Below are positions 16,151-24,634 of a DNA stretch of 32,000 nucleotides, piece by piece. Source of the stretch: Candidatus Electronema aureum (GTDB taxonomy: Bacteria > Desulfobacterota > Desulfobulbia > Desulfobulbales > Desulfobulbaceae); contig NQJD01000027.1 of the NCBI GenBank assembly GCA_004284765.1, positions 2,974-34,973 on the forward strand, read 5' to 3'. The notes beneath the pieces are model-generated. The model searched no databases. It was not told where the DNA came from and saw only the letters and a program-made list of their open reading frames with translations. Position numbers and translations under genes: made by a program. Position 1 is the first letter of the stretch. Every line of letters begins with the position of its first letter.

Positions 16151-18097
16151 ATGAATCCTCTTGACGACCTTCCGCAACGCCATAATTCTCACGATACTGG
16201 AGAAGCGGCAGAAACTGCTTTCCGAAATGCTGTCAATAATCTGAATTATTTTGTTATCCAACGGGAAGACCGCAATGACTATGGAACAGATATTCAGATA
16301 GAAGCTCGCAAAGGCGACGCAATGACGAATATCCGTGTCCATGTTCAATTGAAGGGTACAGAGTCAACTACAAACAAAGATGATTCGGTCAGTATTTCAG
16401 TTGAACGCACGAATCTGAATTATCTTTTGGCACAACCAAATTCAGTTTACGTTTGTTATCATCTCCCTTCCAAGCGGTTGTTGGTTCGTTATGCAGAAGA
16501 TGTTTACCGCGAATATGAACATCGTGGCGGAGCTTGGATGCAACAGAGTAATTTAACAGTACGCTTCTTTCAACCATTTGACGAACATTTTCAGCAGCAG
16601 CTCAATGCACGGGTCATTGCTTCTGGAACAGCAGGAAGAGACAGGCGGCTTCTGTGGACAGGTACACCTCCTGATAAACTCTCGGCTTTAGTCCAGAGAT
16701 CGAATGAGGTCATTGAAGTGCCTGTTGACGAAGAACAGGCATTGAAGGTGCTTGAAGAGCTTTATGAGGTTGGCAAAGATAGCACAATCAGTAATTGTTT
16801 TGATCAGTTTGCTGCCGTGCTCGGTTCCGTCCCGCACGGAATGCTTTTTGCTTATTTGGCAGAAATCAACTTGGGGATTAATGCAATTCCATTCGACAGA
16901 GATAGGATTATCGAAGGAGTTAAGTTTCTTGATGAAATGATCGAGAAGCAAGAAGGACATCCTGGCTCAATCTTTTATTGCATAGGTAATGCAGGATTAG
17001 CTTTAGGTAATTATGAAATGGCTCAGGCTGCTTATTATAACGCTTTAAAATTGCTGCGTGTTACTCCTGAAACATATGAATTAGCAGCCAGATGCTGCAA
17101 GAATTGGGGGAGTGTCTTGAAAAAGATTTCGAGAATGCACGAGGCCCGTAATGCCTATGAAGGAGCATTAAAATTTGATCCTGATTTAGGGGAAGCGCAT
17201 TTGGCTCTTGGTCTCTGGCACCGTCAGCATGGAAATATATCTTTGGCATTAAAACATCTTGATAACGTAATTCAACAGAGCAATTCTGCTGTGCAGATGT
17301 CCACAGTGCATGGCTGGAGGATGACTCTGTTCTTTGAAAGCGGGGATACTGAAGGAGCATTCCGGGAAATAAACAATCTGATCGGCGAGGCTAAACAACA
17401 TGAATGGATTTGGCCATGCTGTGCAAGGCATGTCGCTCAATTTGGTGTAACATCTGCTGACTCTGCTCGAAAGGCTCTTATATTCTGGCGGCAGTATCTT
17501 CGTGAACACCCAAAGTATAGTCGTGCTGAACGGGAACGTTTGCTCTGTAATTGGTATTTACACTCACGGGGAGCACCTTGTGAAATTGACTTTCAAGGAT
17601 TCAAGACCGCAGTTGTCCAGTTGATAGAGAATGGCGATTCATCACCTGCATTTTTATGGGACAGAATAGGGCACTTTGCTCAAGATGACGGTGACTGGGA
17701 AGAAGCTGAACAGGCTTACCGGAAGGCATACCAAATAGAACCTGAACGATACGGTTATTGTTTGGGAACAGCATTAAATCTTCTTCGTCGCTACAGCGAA
17801 GCTCTTCCCATTCTGCTTCCTCAAGCCGAGCAGCATCTTCCTGACGCTATGAGTTGGTTTCAGGTGGCACAGGCACGCGGAGGCGTTGGCGACATCGAAG
17901 GTTGTATTTCTGCGTATGAGAAGGCTATAGAGCTTGATGACAGTTATGACCTTGCTTGGTTCAATCTCGGCGGCGTTTATTGGAACAACCGGCAGACAGA
18001 AAAAGCTGGTGAGATATGGAGAGAAGCGGTGAGACGTTTTCCAAATCATGAAATAGCCAAGAAGCTTCTCCAAGATTTGCTCAGTAGATCGGCCTGA
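16151..18097 (+). CDS. DUF4365 (PD-(D/E)xK / Mrr-like nuclease fold) N-terminal domain fused to a TPR array; no NTPase domain
   Basis: 648 aa. The N-terminal GEAAETAFRNAV...DYGTDIQIE...IRVHVQLKGTES fits the DUF4365 pattern (D43/D47 ... Q66-x-K68). At least six canonical 34-residue TPR units are visible, e.g. AFLWDRIGHFAQDDGDWEEAEQAYRKAYQIEPER and DLAWFNLGGVYWNNRQTEKAGEIWREAVRRFPNH. No GxxxxGK[ST] occurs anywhere in the protein. Confidence 0.7.
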   Translation: MNPLDDLPQRHNSHDTGEAAETAFRNAVNNLNYFVIQREDRNDYGTDIQIEARKGDAMTNIRVHVQLKGTESTTNKDDSVSISVERTNLNYLLAQPNSVYVCYHLPSKRLLVRYAEDVYREYEHRGGAWMQQSNLTVRFFQPFDEHFQQQLNARVIASGTAGRDRRLLWTGTPPDKLSALVQRSNEVIEVPVDEEQALKVLEELYEVGKDSTISNCFDQFAAVLGSVPHGMLFAYLAEINLGINAIPFDRDRIIEGVKFLDEMIEKQEGHPGSIFYCIGNAGLALGNYEMAQAAYYNALKLLRVTPETYELAARCCKNWGSVLKKISRMHEARNAYEGALKFDPDLGEAHLALGLWHRQHGNISLALKHLDNVIQQSNSAVQMSTVHGWRMTLFFESGDTEGAFREINNLIGEAKQHEWIWPCCARHVAQFGVTSADSARKALIFWRQYLREHPKYSRAERERLLCNWYLHSRGAPCEIDFQGFKTAVVQLIENGDSSPAFLWDRIGHFAQDDGDWEEAEQAYRKAYQIEPERYGYCLGTALNLLRRYSEALPILLPQAEQHLPDAMSWFQVAQARGGVGDIEGCISAYEKAIELDDSYDLAWFNLGGVYWNNRQTEKAGEIWREAVRRFPNHEIAKKLLQDLLSRSA

Positions 18098-18156
18098 TTC
18101 TATAAAAATGTACTAATTGCTCTTAACAATGTGGCCTGAAAGCATAGGAGTAAACC

Positions 18157-18315
18157 ATGTCCAGAACGATTACATTGGAACTTCCAGACGATATTTATCT
18201 TGCCTTGCAAAGAATGGCTGAAAAACGAGGAAAGAATATCAGCCAGATTGTTCTTGAATTGATAAAAAACATGCTGGCAGAAGATCAATTGCTGCAAGCA
18301 ATCCCCACGAACTAA
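18157..18315 (+). CDS. ribbon-helix-helix (CopG/Arc-like) small protein, orphan antitoxin-like
   Basis: Below the ORF-track size cut-off. AGGAG (18146-18150) lies 6 nt before the ATG. Translation: MSRTITLELPDDIYLALQRMAEKRGKNISQIVLELIKNMLAEDQLLQAIPTN (52 aa), a beta-strand/helix/helix RHH pattern. Confidence 0.65.
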   Translation: MSRTITLELPDDIYLALQRMAEKRGKNISQIVLELIKNMLAEDQLLQAIPTN

Positions 18316-18324
18316 CACACGCCA

Positions 18325-19425
18325 ATGGCTGAAACTAAACCCACCATCCCCCACGTCCGGCAGCGCATCGACGACATAGACGGCGCGATATTGTCCCTGC
18401 TTCAGGAGCGCCTTGACTGCGCCCTGACCATCGGCAGGCTGAAGAAAGAGGCCAATCTGTCGAGCTGGGACCCTCGGCGCGAGCGCGAAGTCTATAAACG
18501 CCTGCTGGCCGAGAACAGCGGCAAGTTCCCGGACAACGCCCTGCGCAGCATCTTTCATGAGATCATGACCACCTGCCGCTTGGCGCAGAAAGATGTGGAA
18601 GTGGCCTTTCTGGGGCCGGAAGCCACCTTCTCGCATCTTGCGGCAGTGCGGTACTTCGGCCCTGCGGCGCAGTACCGCCCGGTTGCCTCGATTGAAGATG
18701 CCTTCTTGGAAGTTGAGAAAGGCCGGGTGCAGTACGGCATCGTCCCGGTGGAGAACTCCATTGAAGGCTCCATCGCCCTGACCTTAGACTCATTCATGAA
18801 GTACAAGGTCATCATCTGCGGTGAGCTGCATTTAGCTGTGCGGCAGAACTTGCTGTGCAGCTCCGGCAATCTGAAGGACATTCAAATAGTGGCCTCTCAT
18901 GCCCAGCCCTTGGCGCAGTGCCGGGACTGGCTCCGCAAGAACCTGCCCGGCATTCCCACTTTGGATGTTTCCTCAACCGCAGCGGCGGCGCAGATGGCGG
19001 CGGACAATCCCAACATCGGCGCGATTGCCAGCGAATTGGCAATCAAGCACTACGATGTGCAGATCGCGGTGCCCAGCATTGAAGATCATCAGGGCAACAC
19101 CACCCGCTTTCTGGTGATCGGCAATCATGCCCAGCCACGCAGCGGCAGCGACAAGACTTCGCTCCTGCTCGGCACGGCGGACAAGCCCGGCGCGCTCAAC
19201 GAGGCCCTGAGCATCCTGTCGGCCAAGCACATCAACCTGACCAAGCTCGAATCGAGGCCGGTCAAGGGCAAGCGGTGGAAGTATCAGTTCTTTCTCGACC
19301 TGCTCGGTCACAGCGATGATCAGGTCATCCAAGAGGCCTGCAACGAGCTGCAACACATCTGCCCTTCGTTCCGGCTGCTTGGCTCCTATCCCAAGGCTGC
19401 GGAGCCTGAAGCGGAACATATCTAA
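18325..19425 (+). CDS. pheA: bifunctional chorismate mutase / prephenate dehydratase (P-protein)
   Basis: 366 aa. N-terminal chorismate mutase helix bundle (RQRIDDIDGAILSLLQERL), a PDT core and a C-terminal ACT domain (TSLLLGTADKPGALNEALSIL...ESRP). Confidence 0.9.
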   Translation: MAETKPTIPHVRQRIDDIDGAILSLLQERLDCALTIGRLKKEANLSSWDPRREREVYKRLLAENSGKFPDNALRSIFHEIMTTCRLAQKDVEVAFLGPEATFSHLAAVRYFGPAAQYRPVASIEDAFLEVEKGRVQYGIVPVENSIEGSIALTLDSFMKYKVIICGELHLAVRQNLLCSSGNLKDIQIVASHAQPLAQCRDWLRKNLPGIPTLDVSSTAAAAQMAADNPNIGAIASELAIKHYDVQIAVPSIEDHQGNTTRFLVIGNHAQPRSGSDKTSLLLGTADKPGALNEALSILSAKHINLTKLESRPVKGKRWKYQFFLDLLGHSDDQVIQEACNELQHICPSFRLLGSYPKAAEPEAEHI

Positions 19426-21258
19426 ATGGCTGACCTTCTTTCCTGCCGTGAACTCGGCAAAGCGTTCGGGGCACAGAGCCTCTTTTCCTCAGTCAATCTC
19501 TCCATCAGCGAGGGCGACCGCATCGGTCTGATCGGGCCGAACGGCTCCGGCAAATCCACTCTGCTGAAAATCATCAGCGGTATGATTGAGCCGGACGGTG
19601 GCGACATCTTCCGGCAGCGGCATGTCCGCAGCAGCTTCCTTGCGCAAGAGGATGCGTTTGCTGAAGACAAGAGCTGTCTGGATAACCTCTGCGCCGCAAT
19701 TGACGACCAGCATCTGGAGCCTGCCGAGCGAGAAAGCCGGGCGCAGGCTCTTCTCAGCCGGGCAGAATTCACTGATCCTGACTGCCCAGCAGGTTTGCTC
19801 TCCGGCGGCTGGCGCAAGCGGCTGGCCATCTGCCGCGCTTTGATCGTCCGGCCTGACCTGCTCCTGATGGACGAGCCGACCAACCATCTTGACTTGGAAG
19901 GCATACTCTGGCTGGAAAAGATGCTCAACGCCTCGCTGCCGGAAAGCCCTGCCGCGTTCCTGATGATCAGCCACGACCGCCGCTTTCTGGAGAACACGGT
20001 CAGGCGGGTGATTGAGCTGTCTGCCGCCTACCCGAACGGCACCTTGCAGGTGAACGGCAACTATTCCGCCTTTGTCGAGCAGCGGGAAACCTTCCTTGAG
20101 CAGCAGCAGGAGCAGGAGGAGCGACTGGCCAACAAGGTGCGGCGGGAGAATGAATGGCTCAGTCGCGGCCCGAAAGCCAGAGGCACCAAGGCCAAAGCCC
20201 GCAAGGACGCGGCCTATCAGCTTCAGGATGATCTGGTTGAGGTGAAGAACCGCAACCGGGTCGGTAAGGTGGATATTGCCTTTGATGCCACTGAGCGGAA
20301 GACGAAAAAGCTGCTGACTGCGGTTGGCATCAGCAAGAGCTTTGACGGCAGGCAGCTTTTCAGCAATCTTGATCTGACGCTCTCGCCCGGCACAAGGCTG
20401 GGCCTGCTGGGGCGGAATGGCTGCGGCAAATCCACCTTAATGCAGATACTCGCCGCCGCAGACCGCAATGACGGCCTCAAGCCGGACAGCGGCACGGTCA
20501 AGGTGGCGGACAAGCTGCGCATTGTCAATTTTGATCAGCGCAGGCAGCAGCTTGATCAAAAGCAGACCTTACGCCGTGCTCTATCACCGGACGGCGATTC
20601 GGTGCTGTATCAAGACCGGTCAATCCATGTGGTCTCTTGGGCGAAACGCTTCCTCTTCCGCCCAGATCAGCTGGAAACCCCGGTGGCGCGACTATCTGGC
20701 GGCGAACAGGCCCGCATTCTCATTGCTGCGCTGATGCGCCAGCCTGCGGACGTGCTGCTGCTTGATGAACCGACCAATGATCTCGACATTCCTTCCTTGG
20801 ATGTGCTGGAGGAAAGCCTGAGCGAGTTCCCCGGCGCATTAGTGTTAGTCACCCACGACCGCTTCATGCTCGACCGGCTCTGCGATCAGGTGCTCGGCTT
20901 TGACGGCAAAGGCAACGCTTCCTTCTTTGCTGAGTATGCGCAATGGCTGCGCACTCTTGCTGACGACGCAGGCCCAGTGCCAAGCAGCAAGAAAACGCCG
21001 CCTGCTGCGCCTGATGTCAAGAAAGCAACGAAAAAACTTTCCTACAAAGACCAGCGCGAGTATGATCTGATGGAAGAAAGCATCCTTGCCGCTGAAACCC
21101 GGCAGGAGGAGCTGGAGGCGCGGATGCACGAGCCGGAGCTTGTTGCTGATCCGGCCAAGCTCGCTGAATACTGGGAAGAGCAGGCAGCGGCGGCGCAGGA
21201 GGTCGCCCGCCTGTACGCCCGCTGGGAGGAGCTGGAGCGGCTCAAGAATGGCGAATAG
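19426..21258 (+). CDS. uup: ABC-F family ATPase, Uup-like (C-terminal coiled-coil domain)
   Basis: 610 aa. Walker A motifs GLIGPNGSGKST and GLLGRNGCGKST, signatures LSGGWRKRL and LSGGEQARI, and a C-terminal LSYKDQREY...ELEARM... coiled coil as in Uup. The ATG directly abuts the pheA stop (TAAATG). Confidence 0.8.
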   Translation: MADLLSCRELGKAFGAQSLFSSVNLSISEGDRIGLIGPNGSGKSTLLKIISGMIEPDGGDIFRQRHVRSSFLAQEDAFAEDKSCLDNLCAAIDDQHLEPAERESRAQALLSRAEFTDPDCPAGLLSGGWRKRLAICRALIVRPDLLLMDEPTNHLDLEGILWLEKMLNASLPESPAAFLMISHDRRFLENTVRRVIELSAAYPNGTLQVNGNYSAFVEQRETFLEQQQEQEERLANKVRRENEWLSRGPKARGTKAKARKDAAYQLQDDLVEVKNRNRVGKVDIAFDATERKTKKLLTAVGISKSFDGRQLFSNLDLTLSPGTRLGLLGRNGCGKSTLMQILAAADRNDGLKPDSGTVKVADKLRIVNFDQRRQQLDQKQTLRRALSPDGDSVLYQDRSIHVVSWAKRFLFRPDQLETPVARLSGGEQARILIAALMRQPADVLLLDEPTNDLDIPSLDVLEESLSEFPGALVLVTHDRFMLDRLCDQVLGFDGKGNASFFAEYAQWLRTLADDAGPVPSSKKTPPAAPDVKKATKKLSYKDQREYDLMEESILAAETRQEELEARMHEPELVADPAKLAEYWEEQAAAAQEVARLYARWEELERLKNGE

Positions 21259-21430
21259 TCCGCCAATTCCTTGTCCGGCCTGCGGCGGCAGCGGCCAGCT
21301 CAGTTCCTTCAAAGGCGAAAGCCGCTTCTTCCTCACGGTCGAGGAATGCCCGCTCTGCTGCGGTACCGGTCTGGCGGAAGAAACGCCGCCAGACTCTGGC
21401 CCTGATCCGTCAACTCAAGCCCCAAGGTGA
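21248..21430 (+). CDS. 60-aa zinc-finger miniprotein with two DnaJ-type CxxCxGxG repeats
   Basis: An internal Met of track ORF 21086-21430 gives MANSPPIPCPACGGSGQLSSFKGESRFFLTVEECPLCCGTGLAEETPPDSGPDPSTQAPR. The start overlaps the uup stop by 11 nt, and the next gene starts 4 nt after its stop. Confidence 0.5.
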   Translation: MANSPPIPCPACGGSGQLSSFKGESRFFLTVEECPLCCGTGLAEETPPDSGPDPSTQAPR

Positions 21431-21434
21431 TCCC

Positions 21435-22313
21435 ATGTATGCAGCTTTGCGCAAGCTGACCCCGTTCTTTCTGGTCTTTTTCACCCTCGCCTTTGCCGAT
21501 GCCGGCCTGGCGGTGCTGGACGCGGAAGCCCGTTCCCGCAGCGGCGGTCGTTCATTCAGGCGTTCCGCGCCCAGCGCACCGAGAAGTGCGCCTGCATCAG
21601 GGGCAACAGCTCGCCCGTCCAGCTCTGGTTTTGGCCGTGGCTTGGCGGGTGGTCTGATCGGCGGAGCCTTGGGCGGCCTCTTGCTCGGCTCGCTGTTTGG
21701 CGCGAACGGCTCTGGCATCGGCATTCTGCCCATCCTTCTGCTCGGCGTGGCCGGGTATTTCCTCTACCGCCGTTTCATGGCTAAACCGAGCAGCGGCCTG
21801 TCGGCGTATCAGCCATTGGGCAGCTTCAGCAGGTCTGCGCCTCCTCCTCCGCCTGCTGTTGATTCCCTTGAAGCAGGTTTGGCGGAACTCCGCAGCACGG
21901 ATCCTGATTTTGATCCGCAGCATTTCACTGAAGTGGCCTCTGATGTCTTTTTCAAGGTGCAGGCAGGCTGGATGCGCCGCGACCTGAACAGCTTCCGCCA
22001 CCTGCTCGGTAGCACACTGGCGGAAGAATATGCGGAGCATTTTGCCGAGATGGAGCGGAAAGGCATCATCAACAAGCTGGAGTCTATCGCCATCCGCAAG
22101 GCAGAAATCATCGATGCTGGCAGCATAAACGGCGAGGATTTTGTCACCATTCTCTTCACTGCCAACTTGCTGGATTACACGGTGGACGACAAAACTGGTG
22201 CTGTGTTGGAAGGCAGTATGACCGAGCCGGTCAAATTTGCGGAAAAATGGACGTGGGCCAGACCGGTAAACACCGAAGATTGGAAGCTCGAAGGGATTGA
22301 GGTTGCGGAATAA
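21435..22313 (+). CDS. Tim44-like-domain membrane protein
   Basis: 292 aa. Signal/anchor peptide, a basic Ser/Ala/Pro-rich linker, a Gly-rich TM segment, then a C-terminal domain (FDPQHFTEVASDVFFKVQAGWMRRDL ... WTWARP...DWKLEGIE) typical of bacterial Tim44-like proteins. Confidence 0.7.
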   Translation: MYAALRKLTPFFLVFFTLAFADAGLAVLDAEARSRSGGRSFRRSAPSAPRSAPASGATARPSSSGFGRGLAGGLIGGALGGLLLGSLFGANGSGIGILPILLLGVAGYFLYRRFMAKPSSGLSAYQPLGSFSRSAPPPPPAVDSLEAGLAELRSTDPDFDPQHFTEVASDVFFKVQAGWMRRDLNSFRHLLGSTLAEEYAEHFAEMERKGIINKLESIAIRKAEIIDAGSINGEDFVTILFTANLLDYTVDDKTGAVLEGSMTEPVKFAEKWTWARPVNTEDWKLEGIEVAE

Positions 22314-22353
22314 TTCTTCAACGTGATGTGAAAACTCTGCACAAGGAGGCGGC

Positions 22354-22785
22354 ATGAGTTCGGCAAAAAAAGGAGATTGCGTAAAAGTGCATTACACCGG
22401 CCATCTTGAGGACGGCACCACCTTTGATTCCTCACGGGGCGTTGAGCCGTTAGAGTTCACCTTGGGCAGTGGTCAGGTGATCGCTGGCTTTGATGAAGCC
22501 GTGACCGGTATGGAATTGGGCGCACGAAAAAACGTCATGGTTCCTGCGCACAAAGCCTACGGCGAGCGGCACGAGGAGATGGTTATCAATGTTCCCCACA
22601 ATCAATTTCCCGCTCATATTGTCCCAGAAATCGGGCAACAGATACAGTTGGCCGGGCCGAACAATCAGCCAATTTTAGTCAAAGTTGTTGGTATAAGCGA
22701 AGATTCTGTCCGATTAGACGCGAATCCCCCTTTAGCTGGATGCGATCTGATCTTTGATCTTGAACTAATTTCGATTGCCGAATAG
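22354..22785 (+). CDS. FKBP-type peptidyl-prolyl cis-trans isomerase (SlyD-like, with insert-in-flap, no His tail)
   Basis: 143 aa. VKVHYTGHLEDGTTFDSS, GSGQVIAGFDEAVTGM and the C-terminal NPPLAGCDLIFDLELI are all present. Confidence 0.85.
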   Translation: MSSAKKGDCVKVHYTGHLEDGTTFDSSRGVEPLEFTLGSGQVIAGFDEAVTGMELGARKNVMVPAHKAYGERHEEMVINVPHNQFPAHIVPEIGQQIQLAGPNNQPILVKVVGISEDSVRLDANPPLAGCDLIFDLELISIAE

Positions 22786-22870
22786 AAAAAGCAGCTCTTG
22801 CAGTCAGTGCAGCGGAGTGCTATAAGAAACTTAGTGCATTTATTCTTCAATCGATTGTTTGGTTGCATCT

Positions 22871-23818
22871 ATGTTTCTTGATAAAAAAATTGCGGTGGTT
22901 ATTCCTGCCCACGATGAAGAAAGGTTAATCAGCAAGGTCATCGGCACTATGCCGGACTTTGTCGATTATATCGTGGTGGTGGATGACAAAAGCAGCGATA
23001 GCACCGCCGTTGTGGTACGAAAATTGACCGAGTCAAATCGGAAAATAGTCCTGATTCCGCATGAGGAGAACCGGGGTGTAGGTGCAGCTATCGCCACTGG
23101 CTATAAATGGGCCAGAGACCATCAGGTAGACGTGACGGCGGTCATGGCCGCAGATTTTCAGATGGATCCCGCAGACTTGCCTCGCATCGTCAAGCCGGTC
23201 TGCACAGGGGAATGCGACTACACCAAAGGCAATCGGCTCTTCCGGGGTGAGTCATGGGGGATGATTCCTAAACACCGCTACATCGGCAATTCTTTTCTCT
23301 CGCTTTTCACTAAAATAGCCTCAGGATATTGGCACATTGCTGATTCACAGAGCGGCTACACCGCGATTTCGTTGCAAGCCTTGCGAGCGATTGATTTGGA
23401 TGCGATTTACCCGCGCTACGGAATGCCGAATGATCTGTTGATCAGCCTGAATATTGCAAATTTCAGAGTGCGTGATATCTCTATTCGCCCGGTCTATAAT
23501 GTGGGTGAGGTTTCTGGTATCCGCCTGAAAAAGGTGATTTTTACCATCCCTTGTATATTAGTAAAAGGCTTCAGCCGAAGAATGGTAGAAAAATATATCA
23601 TCCGTGATTTTCATCCGCTGATTTTCTTCTACACACTGGGGTTGATCTTTTTTTTCTTCACGGTGATTCTGACCATCCGAGCGTTCATTTTTCTTGGTAT
23701 TGACGGAAAATTGCCACCCATCAACACGCTAGCGGCGATGTTTTCATTTATGAGTTCCAGCATTTTTATCCTGTTCGGCATGTGGTTTGACATGGAGTAC
23801 AATAAGGAGTTGAAGTAA
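22871..23818 (+). CDS. family-2 glycosyltransferase, GtrB/ArnC-like (polyprenyl-phosphate sugar transferase architecture)
   Basis: The track ORF starts at the TTG at 22859; the ATG at 22871 gives MFLDKKIAVVIPAHDEE. VVVDDKSSD is present, and two C-terminal TM helices are typical of GtrB/ArnC. Confidence 0.7.
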   Translation: MFLDKKIAVVIPAHDEERLISKVIGTMPDFVDYIVVVDDKSSDSTAVVVRKLTESNRKIVLIPHEENRGVGAAIATGYKWARDHQVDVTAVMAADFQMDPADLPRIVKPVCTGECDYTKGNRLFRGESWGMIPKHRYIGNSFLSLFTKIASGYWHIADSQSGYTAISLQALRAIDLDAIYPRYGMPNDLLISLNIANFRVRDISIRPVYNVGEVSGIRLKKVIFTIPCILVKGFSRRMVEKYIIRDFHPLIFFYTLGLIFFFFTVILTIRAFIFLGIDGKLPPINTLAAMFSFMSSSIFILFGMWFDMEYNKELK

Positions 23819-23820
23819 AT

Positions 23821-24609
23821 ATGAATCAATTCCAGATTGGATACATAGAATCAATACGACGGTATGAGTTAGAGAAAGTTTTGTCTATCATGTGTGAAGA
23901 GAAAGGAGTAAACAGTAATATTAAAATATTAGAGATAGGAGCCGGAGCTGGTTGGCAAGCAAAAAAAATGTCTGAATGTGGTTATTCTGTTGAGGCCATA
24001 GATATCGCGAAAAGCAATTATTTAGAGCAACGTGTTTGGACTGTAAAAAATTATGACGGCAAAAACATACCGTTTGCGGATTATTCATTTGATGTAGTTT
24101 TCAGTTCGAGTGTATTGGAGCATATTTATAATTCACAGGAATTTCAACAGGAAATAAAAAGGGTATTAAAAAAAGACGGTATTGCCATCCATGTAGTGCC
24201 TGGAACAGCTTGGAGATTTTGGACAAGCATGACCCATTATCCTTTTCTGATAAAAGAAATTGGAACGTTAACTTGCAGAATGATATTTTCATCGCATACA
24301 AACCATCCTAACAAAGATACTGTAGAATCAAAACAAATAACAAAAAAGGAGCTGTTTAAGAGGACAGTAATTCCATGCCGTCACGGAGAAAGAGGGAATA
24401 GCTTCAGTGAGCTGTATTATTTCAGCAAAAAATATTGGAGCAGCTTGTTTGAAAATACAGAATGGAAAATAAAAAAAATCTATCAAAATGAGCTTTTTTA
24501 TACTGGCCATATGTTTTTAGGGGTACTATTGTCTATTTCTGCAAGAAAACATTTAAGTTTGTTAATAGGAAGTGTTTGTCATATCTTTCTTCTTGTAAAA
24601 AATGAATAA
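23821..24609 (+). CDS. class I SAM-dependent methyltransferase (MT-1)
   Basis: 262 aa, AT-rich. Motif I ILEIGAGAGW and the post-I acidic residue (VEAIDI), followed by VVFSSSVLEHI. Confidence 0.75.
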   Translation: MNQFQIGYIESIRRYELEKVLSIMCEEKGVNSNIKILEIGAGAGWQAKKMSECGYSVEAIDIAKSNYLEQRVWTVKNYDGKNIPFADYSFDVVFSSSVLEHIYNSQEFQQEIKRVLKKDGIAIHVVPGTAWRFWTSMTHYPFLIKEIGTLTCRMIFSSHTNHPNKDTVESKQITKKELFKRTVIPCRHGERGNSFSELYYFSKKYWSSLFENTEWKIKKIYQNELFYTGHMFLGVLLSISARKHLSLLIGSVCHIFLLVKNE

Positions 24610-24634
24610 GATTCATAGTCTACCGGAGTTTGAT

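Noticed and set aside
21597-22355. Long antisense or alternative-frame ORFs inside GC-rich genes. Examples are 21597-22355(-), 8746-9408(-), 10539-11144(-), 19422-19997(-), 18100-18636(-) and 1674-2429(+).
   Set aside because: Each lies entirely within a confidently assigned gene on the other strand or frame. Their low-complexity Arg/Ala/Pro/Ser-rich translations are typical of GC-rich shadow frames.
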